Source: Candidatus Nomurabacteria bacterium
Lineage (GTDB): Bacteria > Patescibacteriota > Minisyncoccia > Phycocordibacterales > UBA9973
Assembly: GCA_023267435.1 (NCBI GenBank)
Contig: JAHFNH010000002.1
Coordinates: 4,219 to 68,218, forward strand
DNA: 64,000 bases
Direction of reading: 5' to 3'
Shown here: positions 1-10,615 of the stretch, piece by piece
Layout of the letters: each line of letters begins with the position of its first letter
Position numbering within the stretch: the first letter of the stretch is position 1
Notes under the pieces: generated by a model
The model's database searches: none
Told to the model about the DNA's origin: nothing
What the model saw: only the letters and a program-made list of their open reading frames with translations
Position numbers and translations under genes: made by a program

Positions 1-31
1 TCCTTTTCTCGAGTTAGTGTATTGTAGAATT

Positions 32-940
32 TTAAAGCCATTTTTTTAATCTAAAGAAAATAAAGGTGATGGTACTGGTTAAAAGCATTGCGCCCAATAT
101 TATATAAAAATCATTGTAAGTTTTGATAAGAGTGAAATCTGTATTCATCATAAAAATACTTGCGATAACTGTCACTGGAGTGAGGAGAAATGTGATTATT
201 GTCAGTATTCTCATTGTTTCATTTGTTTTAGAGGAAAGAAGGGAATCATTCGTTTCGCGTAGGTCTGTCAGAACATCTCGATGATTTTCCAAGATACTTT
301 TTATTTTATTATATTCACCTAGGATAGATTCAAGATAGAATGAAAATTCTGGTTCGAAGAATTTTTTTCCAGCTGTCTCGAAAGATTTCAACGTATCATA
401 ATGAAAACGTATAGATTGTCTGTAATCAATGAGATGTTTATTTAAATTAGAAATTGTTCTGACTGTCTCTGCTTCTTTACCTTCAAATATGTCGCGCTCT
501 ATTTTCTTTAGATCAGGATTAAATGAATCTAATTCTGTCATTACATTTTTATAAAGCTGTTTGATGATGTGGTAAAAAAGATGTCCCGCATGATTACCCA
601 TAGTATTTTTATCAAGCAAAGCATTCGCTTCGAATTTCTTGAAAAATTCATGCAGTGGATTTACTAATTCGTAATGTATTGTTATTAGAAAATTTTTGCC
701 GATTACGAAGTCTATTTCTTGTTCAGAAGCATTTTTTTTATGGTGATTGACAGGGAAGTGAAGAACCAAGAAGATTAAATCTTTATAAAGATCTACTTTC
801 GAGCGGACTGTTTCGGAAATAAATTCTTCGGCTACTAATTCGGGAATCGAGAATTCTTCAACTAAATGAGCAACCTCTTCTGGCGTGGGAGATTGTAAAT
901 CAACCCAGGTAATGTTGTTAAATGTGTATTTTGAAATCAT
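32..940 (-). CDS. corA: CorA-family Mg2+/divalent cation transporter
   Basis: WVDL N-terminal motif, two C-terminal TM helices with a GMN-like (MMN) loop. Confidence 0.8.
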   Translation of the reverse strand: MISKYTFNNITWVDLQSPTPEEVAHLVEEFSIPELVAEEFISETVRSKVDLYKDLIFLVLHFPVNHHKKNASEQEIDFVIGKNFLITIHYELVNPLHEFFKKFEANALLDKNTMGNHAGHLFYHIIKQLYKNVMTELDSFNPDLKKIERDIFEGKEAETVRTISNLNKHLIDYRQSIRFHYDTLKSFETAGKKFFEPEFSFYLESILGEYNKIKSILENHRDVLTDLRETNDSLLSSKTNETMRILTIITFLLTPVTVIASIFMMNTDFTLIKTYNDFYIILGAMLLTSTITFIFFRLKKWL

Positions 941-1000
941 ATTAGTAGATTATAGCAAGAATACTTGCTTTTTTACAAATTCTCGTATAATATAGAACCT

Positions 1001-1318
1001 ATGGAATTTGCAGTTATACAAACAGGCGGAAAACAATATAAAGTCTCTAAAGGGGATCTTTTTTCCACCGAGAAAATGAAAGGGGAATATAAGAAAGGGG
1101 ACAAAGTTTCCTTTGATAAAGTTCTTCTAGTTGATGATGGGAAAGACACCACTATTGGCACTCCTTACATTTCAGGTGCGAAAGTTGATGCAGAACTTAT
1201 CGAAATCGGACGCACACGCAAGGTTATGGTTATTAAATATAAACAGAAATCTCGTTACCTCCGCCGAAATGGTCACCGCCAGCCTTACTTTAAATTTAAA
1301 ATACTTTCTATTGCTTAA
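1001..1318 (+). CDS. rplU: 50S ribosomal protein L21
   Basis: FAVIQTGGKQY and GHRQPY motifs; start moved to ATG 1001. Confidence 0.97.
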   Translation: MEFAVIQTGGKQYKVSKGDLFSTEKMKGEYKKGDKVSFDKVLLVDDGKDTTIGTPYISGAKVDAELIEIGRTRKVMVIKYKQKSRYLRRNGHRQPYFKFKILSIA

Positions 1319-1323
1319 TAAAT

Positions 1324-1357
1324 AAAAAATCCTTCGCCAACTGGCGGAGGATTTTTT
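1324..1357 (+). terminator. Intrinsic terminator after rplU
   Basis: AAAAATCCTTCGCCA-AC-TGGCGGAGGATTTTTT hairpin with T tract. Confidence 0.8.
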
Positions 1358-1454
1358 ATTGTACTTATACTTGACTTATAAGTAAGTTATATGATATAGT
1401 ATATCAAATAAAACTTTGATAAATCAATAACTAAAACTTATAGGAGGAAGTAAA

Positions 1455-1724
1455 ATGAAAACAAAAAATTATTTGGAAGCTTTTGGAACAATAAATTTAA
1501 CTTTAGCTATAATAGGATTATGTTTTTCGCAAATTATGTTTATTCCCAATATGGAAAGTACATCACAAAAACTTTCGGAAGTTAGCTTGCGAGAATTTGA
1601 AATGCTTATTGAATATATTGTTGCCAACTTTTCGAAAGCTTTCCTTTGCTTAATTGGAATGCTTGGAGCTATGAATGGTATGTTTTCGTTCTTTGTACGC
1701 TTCGATTGGAAAAGTCTTCACTAA
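1455..1724 (+). CDS. Orphan two-TM membrane protein in a stand-alone cassette
   Basis: 89 aa ORF; TTGACT at 1371, TATAGT at 1395, AGGAGG SD, hairpin at 1741-1772. Confidence 0.65.
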   Translation: MKTKNYLEAFGTINLTLAIIGLCFSQIMFIPNMESTSQKLSEVSLREFEMLIEYIVANFSKAFLCLIGMLGAMNGMFSFFVRFDWKSLH

Positions 1725-1776
1725 TGTTTTACTAAACATCAAAGCTATTTATAGAAATATAAATAGCTTTTTTATT

Positions 1777-2406
1777 TTACCCACGATTTTTTAGGGCGTT
1801 TTTGAGAGTTTCATTATCAGAGTATTCGAGTTCGGTACCAGTAGAGAGTCCACGGCCTAATGATGAAATTTTTATATTTAATGAATCGGTAATATCTTTT
1901 AATTGTTGTCTGATATAAAAATCAGTATGGTCACCTTGAGGACTCAACGAAAAAGCTAAAATAATTTCTTGCAGATTATTTTCTTTGCCATTTTTAGCAC
2001 CTTCTTTTATTTTTTCTATAAGTTCATTTATGCGTATTCTGCTTTTGGTAGTTTTTTCAACGATTGGTACGAGTCCACCTAAGACAAAATATTTTCCATG
2101 ATAGGTGCGACTTTTTTTAATACTTTCCAAATCAGAATCTTTTTCGACAATCATTAAAGTAGACGCATCAGTCGAAGGGTTGATACATATTTCACATAAT
2201 TTTTCTTTATTTGGATTTAAAACAAAAAATTTAAAACAATCTTTACATTGCGAAACTTCTTTTTTTAAATCTAAAATAAGTTGAGATAAATTTTCTGCAT
2301 AATTTGGATTTCGAGACATTAAAAAATAAACAAAACGTTTTGCTTGTCTTTCACCGATACCAGGGAATTCTTTAAAAATTTCAGTTAATTGTTCTGAAGT
2401 GTCCAT
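1777..2406 (-). CDS. recR: Recombination protein RecR
   Basis: PGIG HhH, C4 zinc finger, Toprim domain with YFVLGG. Confidence 0.95.
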   Translation of the reverse strand: MDTSEQLTEIFKEFPGIGERQAKRFVYFLMSRNPNYAENLSQLILDLKKEVSQCKDCFKFFVLNPNKEKLCEICINPSTDASTLMIVEKDSDLESIKKSRTYHGKYFVLGGLVPIVEKTTKSRIRINELIEKIKEGAKNGKENNLQEIILAFSLSPQGDHTDFYIRQQLKDITDSLNIKISSLGRGLSTGTELEYSDNETLKNALKNRG

Positions 2407-2418
2407 CTTATTAGAAAA

Positions 2419-3810
2419 TTAAAATTCACTTAAACTATCACCCATATTCGATGGAGTAAATTCGCTCAGGCTACTCTTTTCCAGATTTAAGAATGTTGTA
2501 GTTTTTTCGTCGAAGTAAAGTTCAACTTTTCCAACAGGTCCATTTCTGTGTTTTTCAACTAGAATTTCAGCGATGTTTGTTTTTTCAGATTCATCTTTAC
2601 CTTTATCTTCACGGTGAATAAACATAACAACATCCGCGTCTTGTTCAATAGAGCCTGAGTCACGAAGGTCTGAAAGTCTTGGTTTGCCTCCACGGGACTC
2701 CACGGCACGAGAAAGTTGGGAAAGAGCCAATACTGGCACGTTGAGCTCTTTGGCTAGACTCTTTAAAGATCTTGAAATTTCTGTTACTTGGTTGACCATC
2801 GAGTCGTAATTTTTGGAAGTAGTCATGAGTTGCAAGTAATCCACAACAATAAGATCTAAACCTTTTTCTGCTTTCAGTCTTCTTGCTAATGCTTTCATCC
2901 GTACAATAGAGTTTCCAGCTTGATCGTCGATATACATTTTTGCTTTTGCGAGCTTGTCTAATGAATCACGTAAATGTGAAAAATCTCTATCGGAAGATAA
3001 ATTTCCCGTACGCAAATTCCAAGCGTTCACTCGTGATTGAGCTGAGAGCATTCTATCGACTAATTGTTGAGAAGACATTTCTAAGGAAAATATTAAAACT
3101 GATTTGTCGTGCACAGTAGAAGCCATGCGAGCCATATCCAATGCTAAAGTAGTTTTACCGACACTGGGTCGTGCAGCAAGGATTATTAAATCTTGATTTT
3201 GAAGTCCAGAGAGGAGATTGTCTAAATCTCGAAAGCCGGTAGGTATTCCACGAAGCATTCCTTTTGTCTCGTGCAATTTTTCTAATCTTTCATACGCTTC
3301 AGGTAATTCATCTTTCAAGCTGACAAATTTTTGACTCTTTGGTGAAGAAACAACACTAAACATTTTTTTCTCCGCCATATCTAAAATATCATCCATGTGA
3401 TCGTCGCCTTCTTCAAAAGCGAGTTCGGAAACATAATCCGCGGCTTCGATCAAACTTCTCAATACATATTTTTTCTGAACTAGTTCAGCGTAGTGTTTGG
3501 CATTTGTAGAAGAAGGAACAATGTTTACTATTTCTGCGAGATATTGGTTGCCTCCGATATTCTCGAGTAATTTTTGTTCACCAAGTTTTGTAGACAAAGA
3601 AAGCATGTCTATCGGTTCATTTTTTGAAGATAGATCAAGCATCGCATTGAAAATTATTTTATGTTTTTCTGCATAAAAAGAATCAGGATTGATGACATCT
3701 TCTATTTCATGCATAGCTTCTTTACGAAGCATAATAGATCCAAGTACGGCTTTTTCGGATTCAATATTTTGGGGAGGAATGCGAATTTCATTTTTCTTTG
3801 TTTTTATCAT
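2419..3810 (-). CDS. dnaB: Replicative DNA helicase
   Basis: PPQN, AARPSVGKT, VDYLQL, LRDSGSIEQDAD; start set at ATG 3810. Confidence 0.97.
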   Translation of the reverse strand: MIKTKKNEIRIPPQNIESEKAVLGSIMLRKEAMHEIEDVINPDSFYAEKHKIIFNAMLDLSSKNEPIDMLSLSTKLGEQKLLENIGGNQYLAEIVNIVPSSTNAKHYAELVQKKYVLRSLIEAADYVSELAFEEGDDHMDDILDMAEKKMFSVVSSPKSQKFVSLKDELPEAYERLEKLHETKGMLRGIPTGFRDLDNLLSGLQNQDLIILAARPSVGKTTLALDMARMASTVHDKSVLIFSLEMSSQQLVDRMLSAQSRVNAWNLRTGNLSSDRDFSHLRDSLDKLAKAKMYIDDQAGNSIVRMKALARRLKAEKGLDLIVVDYLQLMTTSKNYDSMVNQVTEISRSLKSLAKELNVPVLALSQLSRAVESRGGKPRLSDLRDSGSIEQDADVVMFIHREDKGKDESEKTNIAEILVEKHRNGPVGKVELYFDEKTTTFLNLEKSSLSEFTPSNMGDSLSEF

Positions 3811-3924
3811 TAGTGCCATTCTAGCACAGCGATGAAATAGTCAAAAATATAAAAAGTGGGCAAAACTGTTACTAAAATGGGGAAATCATCTGCATCATAT
3901 AAAATATGTGTTATAATGGCAAAC

Positions 3925-4875
3925 ATGACAAAAAAGATATTATTATCCGGAATTCAGCCTTCAGGCAAACCACATATAGGTAATTATTTTGGAGCGATGA
4001 AACAATTTGTGGATTTGCAGGATCAATATGAAAGCTATGTCTTTATAGCTGATTATCATGCTCTGCATTCTTTAAGAAATGCAAAGGAAATGAGAGAAAA
4101 TATAATTGGTGTAATGCTTGATTATTTGGCTATTGGCCTTGATCCAGAAAAGGTGACTATTTTTAAACAGTCAGATGTTTCAGAACATACAGAGCTTTGT
4201 TGGATTTTCGATACTATTACAACTATGCCGTATCTTATGAGAGCTCACGCTTTCAAAGATGCTGAGGCAAAAAATAAAGAGATTGATGTCGGTACATTTA
4301 ATTATCCTGTTTTAATGGCAGCTGATATTTTATTATATAGTCCTGATATTGTGCCTGTTGGACAAGATCAGCAACAGCATGTCGAGATCGCTCGTGATAT
4401 TGCTCTTAAATTTAATAATACTTACGGTGATACATTTAAAATACCAGAGCATAAAATAATTAAAAACGTCGCTGTTGTTCCGGGTGTTGATGGGAGGAAA
4501 ATGTCTAAAAGCTATAAAAACACAATTCCACTTTTTGCTGATTATGAAGAAATAAAAAAGTGCGTGATGTCTATTGTGACAGATTCAAGCGGAGAGTTAC
4601 CAATAAATGTTTATTCTATTCATAAACTTTTCCGAGATGAAAAAGAATTAGAAAAAATTTACGAAGAAAAGAAAGGAAAATATAAAGAATTAAAAGAACT
4701 ACTTTTAGAGGATATAGAAAAATTTATTGCCCCGCTTCGTGAACGCAGGAAAGAATTTGAAAAGGATAAATCAAAAGTTCTAGAAATATTAAAAAAGGGA
4801 GCAGAGAAAGCTAAAAATATTTCTTCTAAAAAAATGGATTTAGTCAGAGAAAGAATAGGGGTTAAATTAGATTAA
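3925..4875 (+). CDS. trpS: Tryptophanyl-tRNA synthetase
   Basis: SGIQPSG, HIGN, KMSKS; start set at ATG 3925. Confidence 0.96.
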   Translation: MTKKILLSGIQPSGKPHIGNYFGAMKQFVDLQDQYESYVFIADYHALHSLRNAKEMRENIIGVMLDYLAIGLDPEKVTIFKQSDVSEHTELCWIFDTITTMPYLMRAHAFKDAEAKNKEIDVGTFNYPVLMAADILLYSPDIVPVGQDQQQHVEIARDIALKFNNTYGDTFKIPEHKIIKNVAVVPGVDGRKMSKSYKNTIPLFADYEEIKKCVMSIVTDSSGELPINVYSIHKLFRDEKELEKIYEEKKGKYKELKELLLEDIEKFIAPLRERRKEFEKDKSKVLEILKKGAEKAKNISSKKMDLVRERIGVKLD

Positions 4876-4893
4876 AAAAATAAATAATAAATT

Positions 4894-6225
4894 ATGCAAA
4901 ATAGAACATATATTAAAGATTTAGATAAAAAGGTTGGAGAAGAAGTTATTTTGGCTGGATGGGTAGATGTCCGTCGAGATCAGGGTAAAATGGTATTTTT
5001 TGATTTTCGCGATATGAGCGGCAAGATTCAATGTGTTACTTTGCCAGCCAGCGAAGCCATCACTCTAGCTAAAGAAATTCGTCCAGAATGGGTTTTGAAA
5101 ATTACAGGAAAAGTAAATGCTCGTCCAGAAAAAAATGTAAATAAAGAAATGCAGAATGGAACTATTGAGCTTGAAGTTTTAACTATTGAAGTTTTGGCTC
5201 AAGCTGCACCGCTTCCTTTCGATATGTCCCTCGAAGGATACAATCTAGATCTTGTTACAGAATTAGAAAATAGAGCATTAGCAATCAGACATCCAAAAAA
5301 TCAAGCAATATTTAAAATTCAAGAAACCGTCATAGATGCTTTCAGGGAATTTATGAAACAAAATAAGTTTTTTGAATTTCAGGCTCCAAGCATAGTGCCC
5401 GCTACGGCAGAAGGCGGAGCAGAAGTATTTCAAATTAATTATTTTGACAAAAAAGCTTTTCTTTCACAATCTCCACAATTATATAAACAAATAGTGATGA
5501 CAGCATTTGAAAGATGTTTTTCTGTAAACAAGGTTTTTCGCGCAGAACCTAGTACCACTACTCGTCATTTAACAGAAGTAGTTTCTCTTGATGCTGAAAT
5601 GGCATTTATTGATAGTTGGAAAGACGTGCGTGATATGGCAGAAGGTACGATTAAATATATTTTGGCACAAATAAAAGAAAGAAATGCAGAGCATTTGAAG
5701 ATTTTAAAAGTAGAACTGCCAGAAATGATAGATTATACGCCTACAATGTCATTGACTGAAGCTCATCAAAAAATATTTGAAGTTTACGGAAGAGATAATA
5801 GAGGAGATAAAGATTTAAGTTCTCAGGACGAAGTTGAAATTTGTGAAATTGTTAAAAAAGAGACTGGTTCTGATTTTGTGTTTGTTTATGGTTACCCAAC
5901 ACGTCAAAAACCATTTTATGTTTTTCCAAATGAAGAAAATCCAGAATTTAATGAAGGAGTAGACTTAGTTTGTCGTGGACGCGAGTTATTAAGTGGCGGA
6001 AGAAGAATAAATAAATACGATCAGCTTATGGATCATGTAAAAATATGGAATATGGATCCGAATAAGATAAAAATGTTCTTGGATGCATTTAAATATGGAG
6101 CTCCACCCGAAGGAGGTTTCGCTTTCGGTGCAGAACGCATCACAATGCAATTCCTAAATCTAGCAAACGTCCGCGAAGCGTGTATGTTTCCTCGTGATAT
6201 GAATAGAATTGATGAAAGTTTATAA
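4894..6225 (+). CDS. aspS: Aspartyl-tRNA synthetase, short archaeal-type (probably non-discriminating)
   Basis: OB fold GWV..RD.G, QSPQLYKQ, FRAE, GAPPEGGFAFGAER; 443 aa without GAD insert. Confidence 0.88.
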   Translation: MQNRTYIKDLDKKVGEEVILAGWVDVRRDQGKMVFFDFRDMSGKIQCVTLPASEAITLAKEIRPEWVLKITGKVNARPEKNVNKEMQNGTIELEVLTIEVLAQAAPLPFDMSLEGYNLDLVTELENRALAIRHPKNQAIFKIQETVIDAFREFMKQNKFFEFQAPSIVPATAEGGAEVFQINYFDKKAFLSQSPQLYKQIVMTAFERCFSVNKVFRAEPSTTTRHLTEVVSLDAEMAFIDSWKDVRDMAEGTIKYILAQIKERNAEHLKILKVELPEMIDYTPTMSLTEAHQKIFEVYGRDNRGDKDLSSQDEVEICEIVKKETGSDFVFVYGYPTRQKPFYVFPNEENPEFNEGVDLVCRGRELLSGGRRINKYDQLMDHVKIWNMDPNKIKMFLDAFKYGAPPEGGFAFGAERITMQFLNLANVREACMFPRDMNRIDESL

Positions 6226-6232
6226 AAACTAA

Positions 6233-6985
6233 ATGGAAGAAATTTTAGAAAATTCTTATACAGTAAAAACAACAGGTTTTGAAGGGCCTTTTAATTTACT
6301 TTTACATTTAATCGAAGCACGAAAGCTTTTTATAAATGAAATTTCTTTATCCCAGGTAACAGAAGATTATATTCAGTATATGAAAAATTTAGGCGGATTA
6401 ACTCCCGCTGAAATTTCCAGTTTTATTGTTGTCGCAGCGACTTTGATTCTAATTAAATCTAAATCTCTTTTACCGAATATGAATCTAACTTCTGAAGAAG
6501 AGAGCGATATAAAAAATCTGGAAGACAGGTTGCGTTTATATGAACTTTATATGAGACTTTCTGGAAATGTAAAAGAAAAATTTGGAAAAAAAATAATCTT
6601 TGCACCGTTAGAAAGAAAAAATGAAACATTGGTATTTTTACCTGACGATCAAATTAATAAAGAAAGCATGATGCAATTTGCTCGTGATGCTTTGGTCAGA
6701 ATTCCTAAAAAAGTTTTTTTGCCGGAAGTAGAAATAAAAAAAGTTATCAGTATTGAAGAAATGATCGATAAATTAACAGATAGAATTCAAAATTCTTTAA
6801 AAATGAATTTTAGAGATTTTGCCGGTTCGGCAAAAAATCGAGAAGAAAAGGTAGTTGTAATTGTTGGATTTCTTGCTATGCTTGAATTAGTCAGACAGGG
6901 AATATTGAATGTGACGCAGGATGATAATTTTGACTCGATTATTATTGAAAAACAAACTTTAATAATTAACGAAGATTTTATATAA
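6233..6985 (+). CDS. scpA: Segregation/condensation protein A
   Basis: FEGPFNLLLHLI, KSKSLLP, FLAMLEL. Confidence 0.92.
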   Translation: MEEILENSYTVKTTGFEGPFNLLLHLIEARKLFINEISLSQVTEDYIQYMKNLGGLTPAEISSFIVVAATLILIKSKSLLPNMNLTSEEESDIKNLEDRLRLYELYMRLSGNVKEKFGKKIIFAPLERKNETLVFLPDDQINKESMMQFARDALVRIPKKVFLPEVEIKKVISIEEMIDKLTDRIQNSLKMNFRDFAGSAKNREEKVVVIVGFLAMLELVRQGILNVTQDDNFDSIIIEKQTLIINEDFI

Positions 6986-6989
6986 ATTT

Positions 6990-7556
6990 ATGGACTTAGA
7001 ATCAAAAATCGAAGCGATACTTTTTTGGAAAGGAGAACCTGTCTCTGTAAATTGGCTTGTCAATACTTTAAAAGTTTCAAAAGACGAGATTGCTTCAGCA
7101 ATTGTAAATCTTACAGAAAAATTATCTGGCAGGGGGATAGTGTTGCTGGCGCGCGAAGGTGAAATAACTCTCGGTACAAATCCAGAATTTTCGAGTTTAA
7201 TTGAATCAATGCAAAAAGAAGAATTAAATAAAGACCTTTCAAAATCAAGCTTGGAAACATTATCGATTGTGCTTTACAAGAATGGAGTGAGCCGAGCTGA
7301 GATCGATTATATCAGAGGAGTGAATTCAAGTTTCATATTGCGAGCCTTGTCAGTGCGTGGATTGGTAGAAAAGACAATTGATTCGAAGGATAGCCGACGT
7401 TACATTTACAAACCGACATTTGAATTATTGTCTTATATGGGAATAAAATCTACTGAAGAGTTACCTGATTTCAATGAAGTAAATAGTTCGATTGAAAGTG
7501 CAGCAGAAAATCTTGAAGAAGAATTAAAAAATGAAGCAAATGGAACAGCTGTATAA
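6990..7556 (+). CDS. scpB: Segregation/condensation protein B
   Basis: IEAILF, LETLSIV, IDYIRGV; follows scpA. Confidence 0.93.
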   Translation: MDLESKIEAILFWKGEPVSVNWLVNTLKVSKDEIASAIVNLTEKLSGRGIVLLAREGEITLGTNPEFSSLIESMQKEELNKDLSKSSLETLSIVLYKNGVSRAEIDYIRGVNSSFILRALSVRGLVEKTIDSKDSRRYIYKPTFELLSYMGIKSTEELPDFNEVNSSIESAAENLEEELKNEANGTAV

Positions 7557-8415
7557 CAAAAATTATTTTTTATTTTTTATTCTCATTATTCTTGCCCTAG
7601 AGGCAAGTTTGTTTTTTATCGGAAATAATAAATTAAATACTTCATTTCTGAACGAAGAAAATAAAATAGTACAAATACAAAATATGCTTGCCAGTGTTCC
7701 TGTTCAAGCAAAAGCATATTCTGTTTACGACATAACTTTAAATAGAGAATTATATGGCAAAGACCAAAACGAAATGCTACCATTTGCTTCTCTTGCAAAA
7801 ACCATGACAGTGCTGATAGCTCTTGCTGATCATGAGCCAGGTTCTATCTTGATTATATCTCAAAATGCTATAAATCAAGACGGAGATTATGGATTTTTTA
7901 TTAATGAAAAATGGAAGATAGAAGATCTTGCAAAGTTTACATTGGTAGGTTCTGTGAATGATGGAGCTTATGCTCTTTCTGAAAACAAATCTGATTTTAT
8001 AGAAAGAATGAATATTAAAGCTAGAAAAATTGGCATGGAAAATGCTTTATTTTTAAATTCTACCGGTTTGGATATTGATGGAGAAAAAGCAGGAGCTTAT
8101 GCATCTGCATTAGATGCTAATATCATGGCTATTTATGCTTTAAAGGCACATCCAGAAATTTTCAGTGCGACAGTATTACCTGAAATAAATTTAAAATCTG
8201 AGTCCGGTTCTAATCACGACATAAGAAATACTGATCTTGTTTTACATAAAATTCCAAATTTATATTTTTCTAAAACTGGATTTACCAGTCTAGCTGGAGG
8301 TAATCTGACTATAATTTTTAGAAACAAAGAAGGTCATATGATTGCTATAACCGTACTTGGTTCCACACTAGATGGTCGTTTTTCAGATATGGAAAAATTA
8401 GTAAATACATTATAA
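7531..8415 (+). CDS. D-alanyl-D-alanine carboxypeptidase (peptidase S11)
   Basis: ASLAK (SxxK), SVN (SxN), KTG; N-terminal TM. Confidence 0.85.
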   Translation: MKQMEQLYNKNYFLFFILIILALEASLFFIGNNKLNTSFLNEENKIVQIQNMLASVPVQAKAYSVYDITLNRELYGKDQNEMLPFASLAKTMTVLIALADHEPGSILIISQNAINQDGDYGFFINEKWKIEDLAKFTLVGSVNDGAYALSENKSDFIERMNIKARKIGMENALFLNSTGLDIDGEKAGAYASALDANIMAIYALKAHPEIFSATVLPEINLKSESGSNHDIRNTDLVLHKIPNLYFSKTGFTSLAGGNLTIIFRNKEGHMIAITVLGSTLDGRFSDMEKLVNTL

Positions 8416-8438
8416 TAATTTATTGCTATAATATCAGT

Positions 8439-9494
8439 ATGATTCTAAATCTAGTTAAAATATTTTTGCCGACAACATTAGCCTTTTTCTTGGGTATTTT
8501 GATCACACCTGTTGCTACTCATTTTTTCTATAAATATAAAATGTGGAAAAGGCATTCCAGGGGAGATGTTGTTTCAAGTGATGATTTTAAAAAGATTCAT
8601 AATAGAGAAAATGAATTAAAAACTCCCAGAGTGGGAGGTATCGTAGTCTGGGTATCAGTTTTAGTAACGACACTTTGTTTTTTTGTTGTTTCAATTTTAT
8701 TTCCATCAGATATAACTTTCAAAATGAATTTTTTAAGCAGGAATCAAACATTAATTCCTTTTTTTACTCTACTTTTGGGGTCTTTGATTGGACTTGCGGA
8801 TGACTTAATGCAAATATATGGAACCGGCAAAATATCGCATGATGATAAATCTTGGCGTAAAACAAAAGCTTTACTTGTCGGTCTACTTTCGCTTTTAGTA
8901 GCGATGTGGTTTTTCTATAAGCTTGGAATGCATGCCATTCATATTCCATTTGACGGTTTTTGGGAACTCGGAATCTTTTTCATACCCATTTTTATTGTTG
9001 TATCTTTGGCGACTTTTTCCGGAGGTGTGATCGATGGTATAGATGGACTTTCTGGAGGAGTATTGGCGTCGATTTTTTCAGCGTATGGAGCCATTGCTTT
9101 TGCGAATCACCAAATGGACTTAGCGGCCTTCTCAGGAGCGGTTACAGGGGCAATTTTGGCTTTTCTTTGGTTTAATATTCCGCCGGCAAGATTTTATATG
9201 GGAGAGACGGGTATTATGGGACTTACCATAACTCTGGCAACATTGGCATTTTTAACTGATTCAGTTCTAATTCTGCCTATTGTTGCACTGCCACTTGTAA
9301 TAACTTCATTATCTGTCATTTTACAAATTTCTTACAAAAAATTTACCGGCGGAAAAAAATTATTTAAACTCGCACCGATTCATCATCATTTTGAAGCTAT
9401 TGGTTGGCCATCTTATAAAGTCACAATGCGTTTTTGGATTTTGTCAGTTGTTTTTGCGATTATAGGCATAATTTTAGCAATTATTAGCCGATAG
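8439..9494 (+). CDS. mraY: Phospho-N-acetylmuramoyl-pentapeptide transferase
   Basis: TPRVGG, DGIDGL, FYMGETG, APIHHHFE. Confidence 0.93.
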   Translation: MILNLVKIFLPTTLAFFLGILITPVATHFFYKYKMWKRHSRGDVVSSDDFKKIHNRENELKTPRVGGIVVWVSVLVTTLCFFVVSILFPSDITFKMNFLSRNQTLIPFFTLLLGSLIGLADDLMQIYGTGKISHDDKSWRKTKALLVGLLSLLVAMWFFYKLGMHAIHIPFDGFWELGIFFIPIFIVVSLATFSGGVIDGIDGLSGGVLASIFSAYGAIAFANHQMDLAAFSGAVTGAILAFLWFNIPPARFYMGETGIMGLTITLATLAFLTDSVLILPIVALPLVITSLSVILQISYKKFTGGKKLFKLAPIHHHFEAIGWPSYKVTMRFWILSVVFAIIGIILAIISR

Positions 9495-9499
9495 TAAAT

Positions 9500-10603
9500 A
9501 TGCGAGAAAAAAAACCAGATAAATTTTTATTGATAATAGTGTTTCTGTTAATTTTTATTGGAGCAGCTATGTTTATTTCTGCATCGCTCGGTATTCTCGC
9601 AAAAAATAGAGACATTTTTTATTCGATTCTTTTCAGTCAAATAGTTCTAGGTTTCGGTTTGGGATTTATTGGGATGTATTTAGCTCTAAAAATAGATTAT
9701 AAATTTTGGAGAAAAAATGCTTTTTATATTTTTTTAGGATCAATAATAGTAACAGGTTTAGTTTTTGTACCGCATGTAGGTTGGAATCACGGAGGAGCGA
9801 CTAGATGGATAAAATTAGGGCCTGTTTCATTTCAGCCTGCCGAATTGCTGAAATTCGGTTTTATTATTTATTTTGCTGCGTGGCTTTCTTGGGCAAAAAG
9901 CAGAGTACAAGATTTTAAATTTGGTATTTTGCCTTTGTGTGCAATGCTCACTATTATTGCTGTAATTCTATTGAAACAACCTGATACTAAAAGTTTTATT
10001 TTGATTACTGCCACCGGACTTTCAATGCTATTTATTTCCGGTGTTCCTGTAAAATATCTTTTTGGAGGGGGAGCAATTTTACTGGTTTTATTTGGATCTC
10101 TTGTTTTCTTTACTCCGTATTTAAGAAATCGAGTAAATACTTTTATAGATCCATCACAAGATCCTCGCGGAACATCTTATCAACTTCAACAATCACTCAT
10201 TGCGCTCGGTTCTGGCGGAATATTCGGGCGTGGTTTTGGTCAAAGCATACAAAAATTCAGTTACTTGCCAGAACCGCAAGGGGATTCTATTTTCGCAGTT
10301 ACAGGTGAAGAATTGGGCTTTGTTGGAACTGTAATAATAATATTGCTTTATTCTTTTTTTGCTTTGCGCGGATTGCGTATAGCCAATAATTCCCCGGATC
10401 TTTTTGGTAGACTTTTAGTCTCTGGAATTGTTATACTTATCACGTTGCAGTCGTTTATGAATATCGCTTCTATCACTGGGGTCTTTCCTTTGACGGGAGT
10501 GCCACTGGTGTTCATGAGCCAAGGAGGAACTTCGCTTATGATATATCTGGTGGCGATAGGAATTGTATTTCAAATATCAAAGTTTCAAAAACAAAGTGCT
10601 TAA
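9500..10603 (+). CDS. ftsW: SEDS peptidoglycan glycosyltransferase FtsW
   Basis: GATRW, FQPAE, YLPEPQGD, TGVPL; between mraY and murG. Confidence 0.93.
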   Translation: MREKKPDKFLLIIVFLLIFIGAAMFISASLGILAKNRDIFYSILFSQIVLGFGLGFIGMYLALKIDYKFWRKNAFYIFLGSIIVTGLVFVPHVGWNHGGATRWIKLGPVSFQPAELLKFGFIIYFAAWLSWAKSRVQDFKFGILPLCAMLTIIAVILLKQPDTKSFILITATGLSMLFISGVPVKYLFGGGAILLVLFGSLVFFTPYLRNRVNTFIDPSQDPRGTSYQLQQSLIALGSGGIFGRGFGQSIQKFSYLPEPQGDSIFAVTGEELGFVGTVIIILLYSFFALRGLRIANNSPDLFGRLLVSGIVILITLQSFMNIASITGVFPLTGVPLVFMSQGGTSLMIYLVAIGIVFQISKFQKQSA

Positions 10604-10615
10604 CAAATAAATCGC

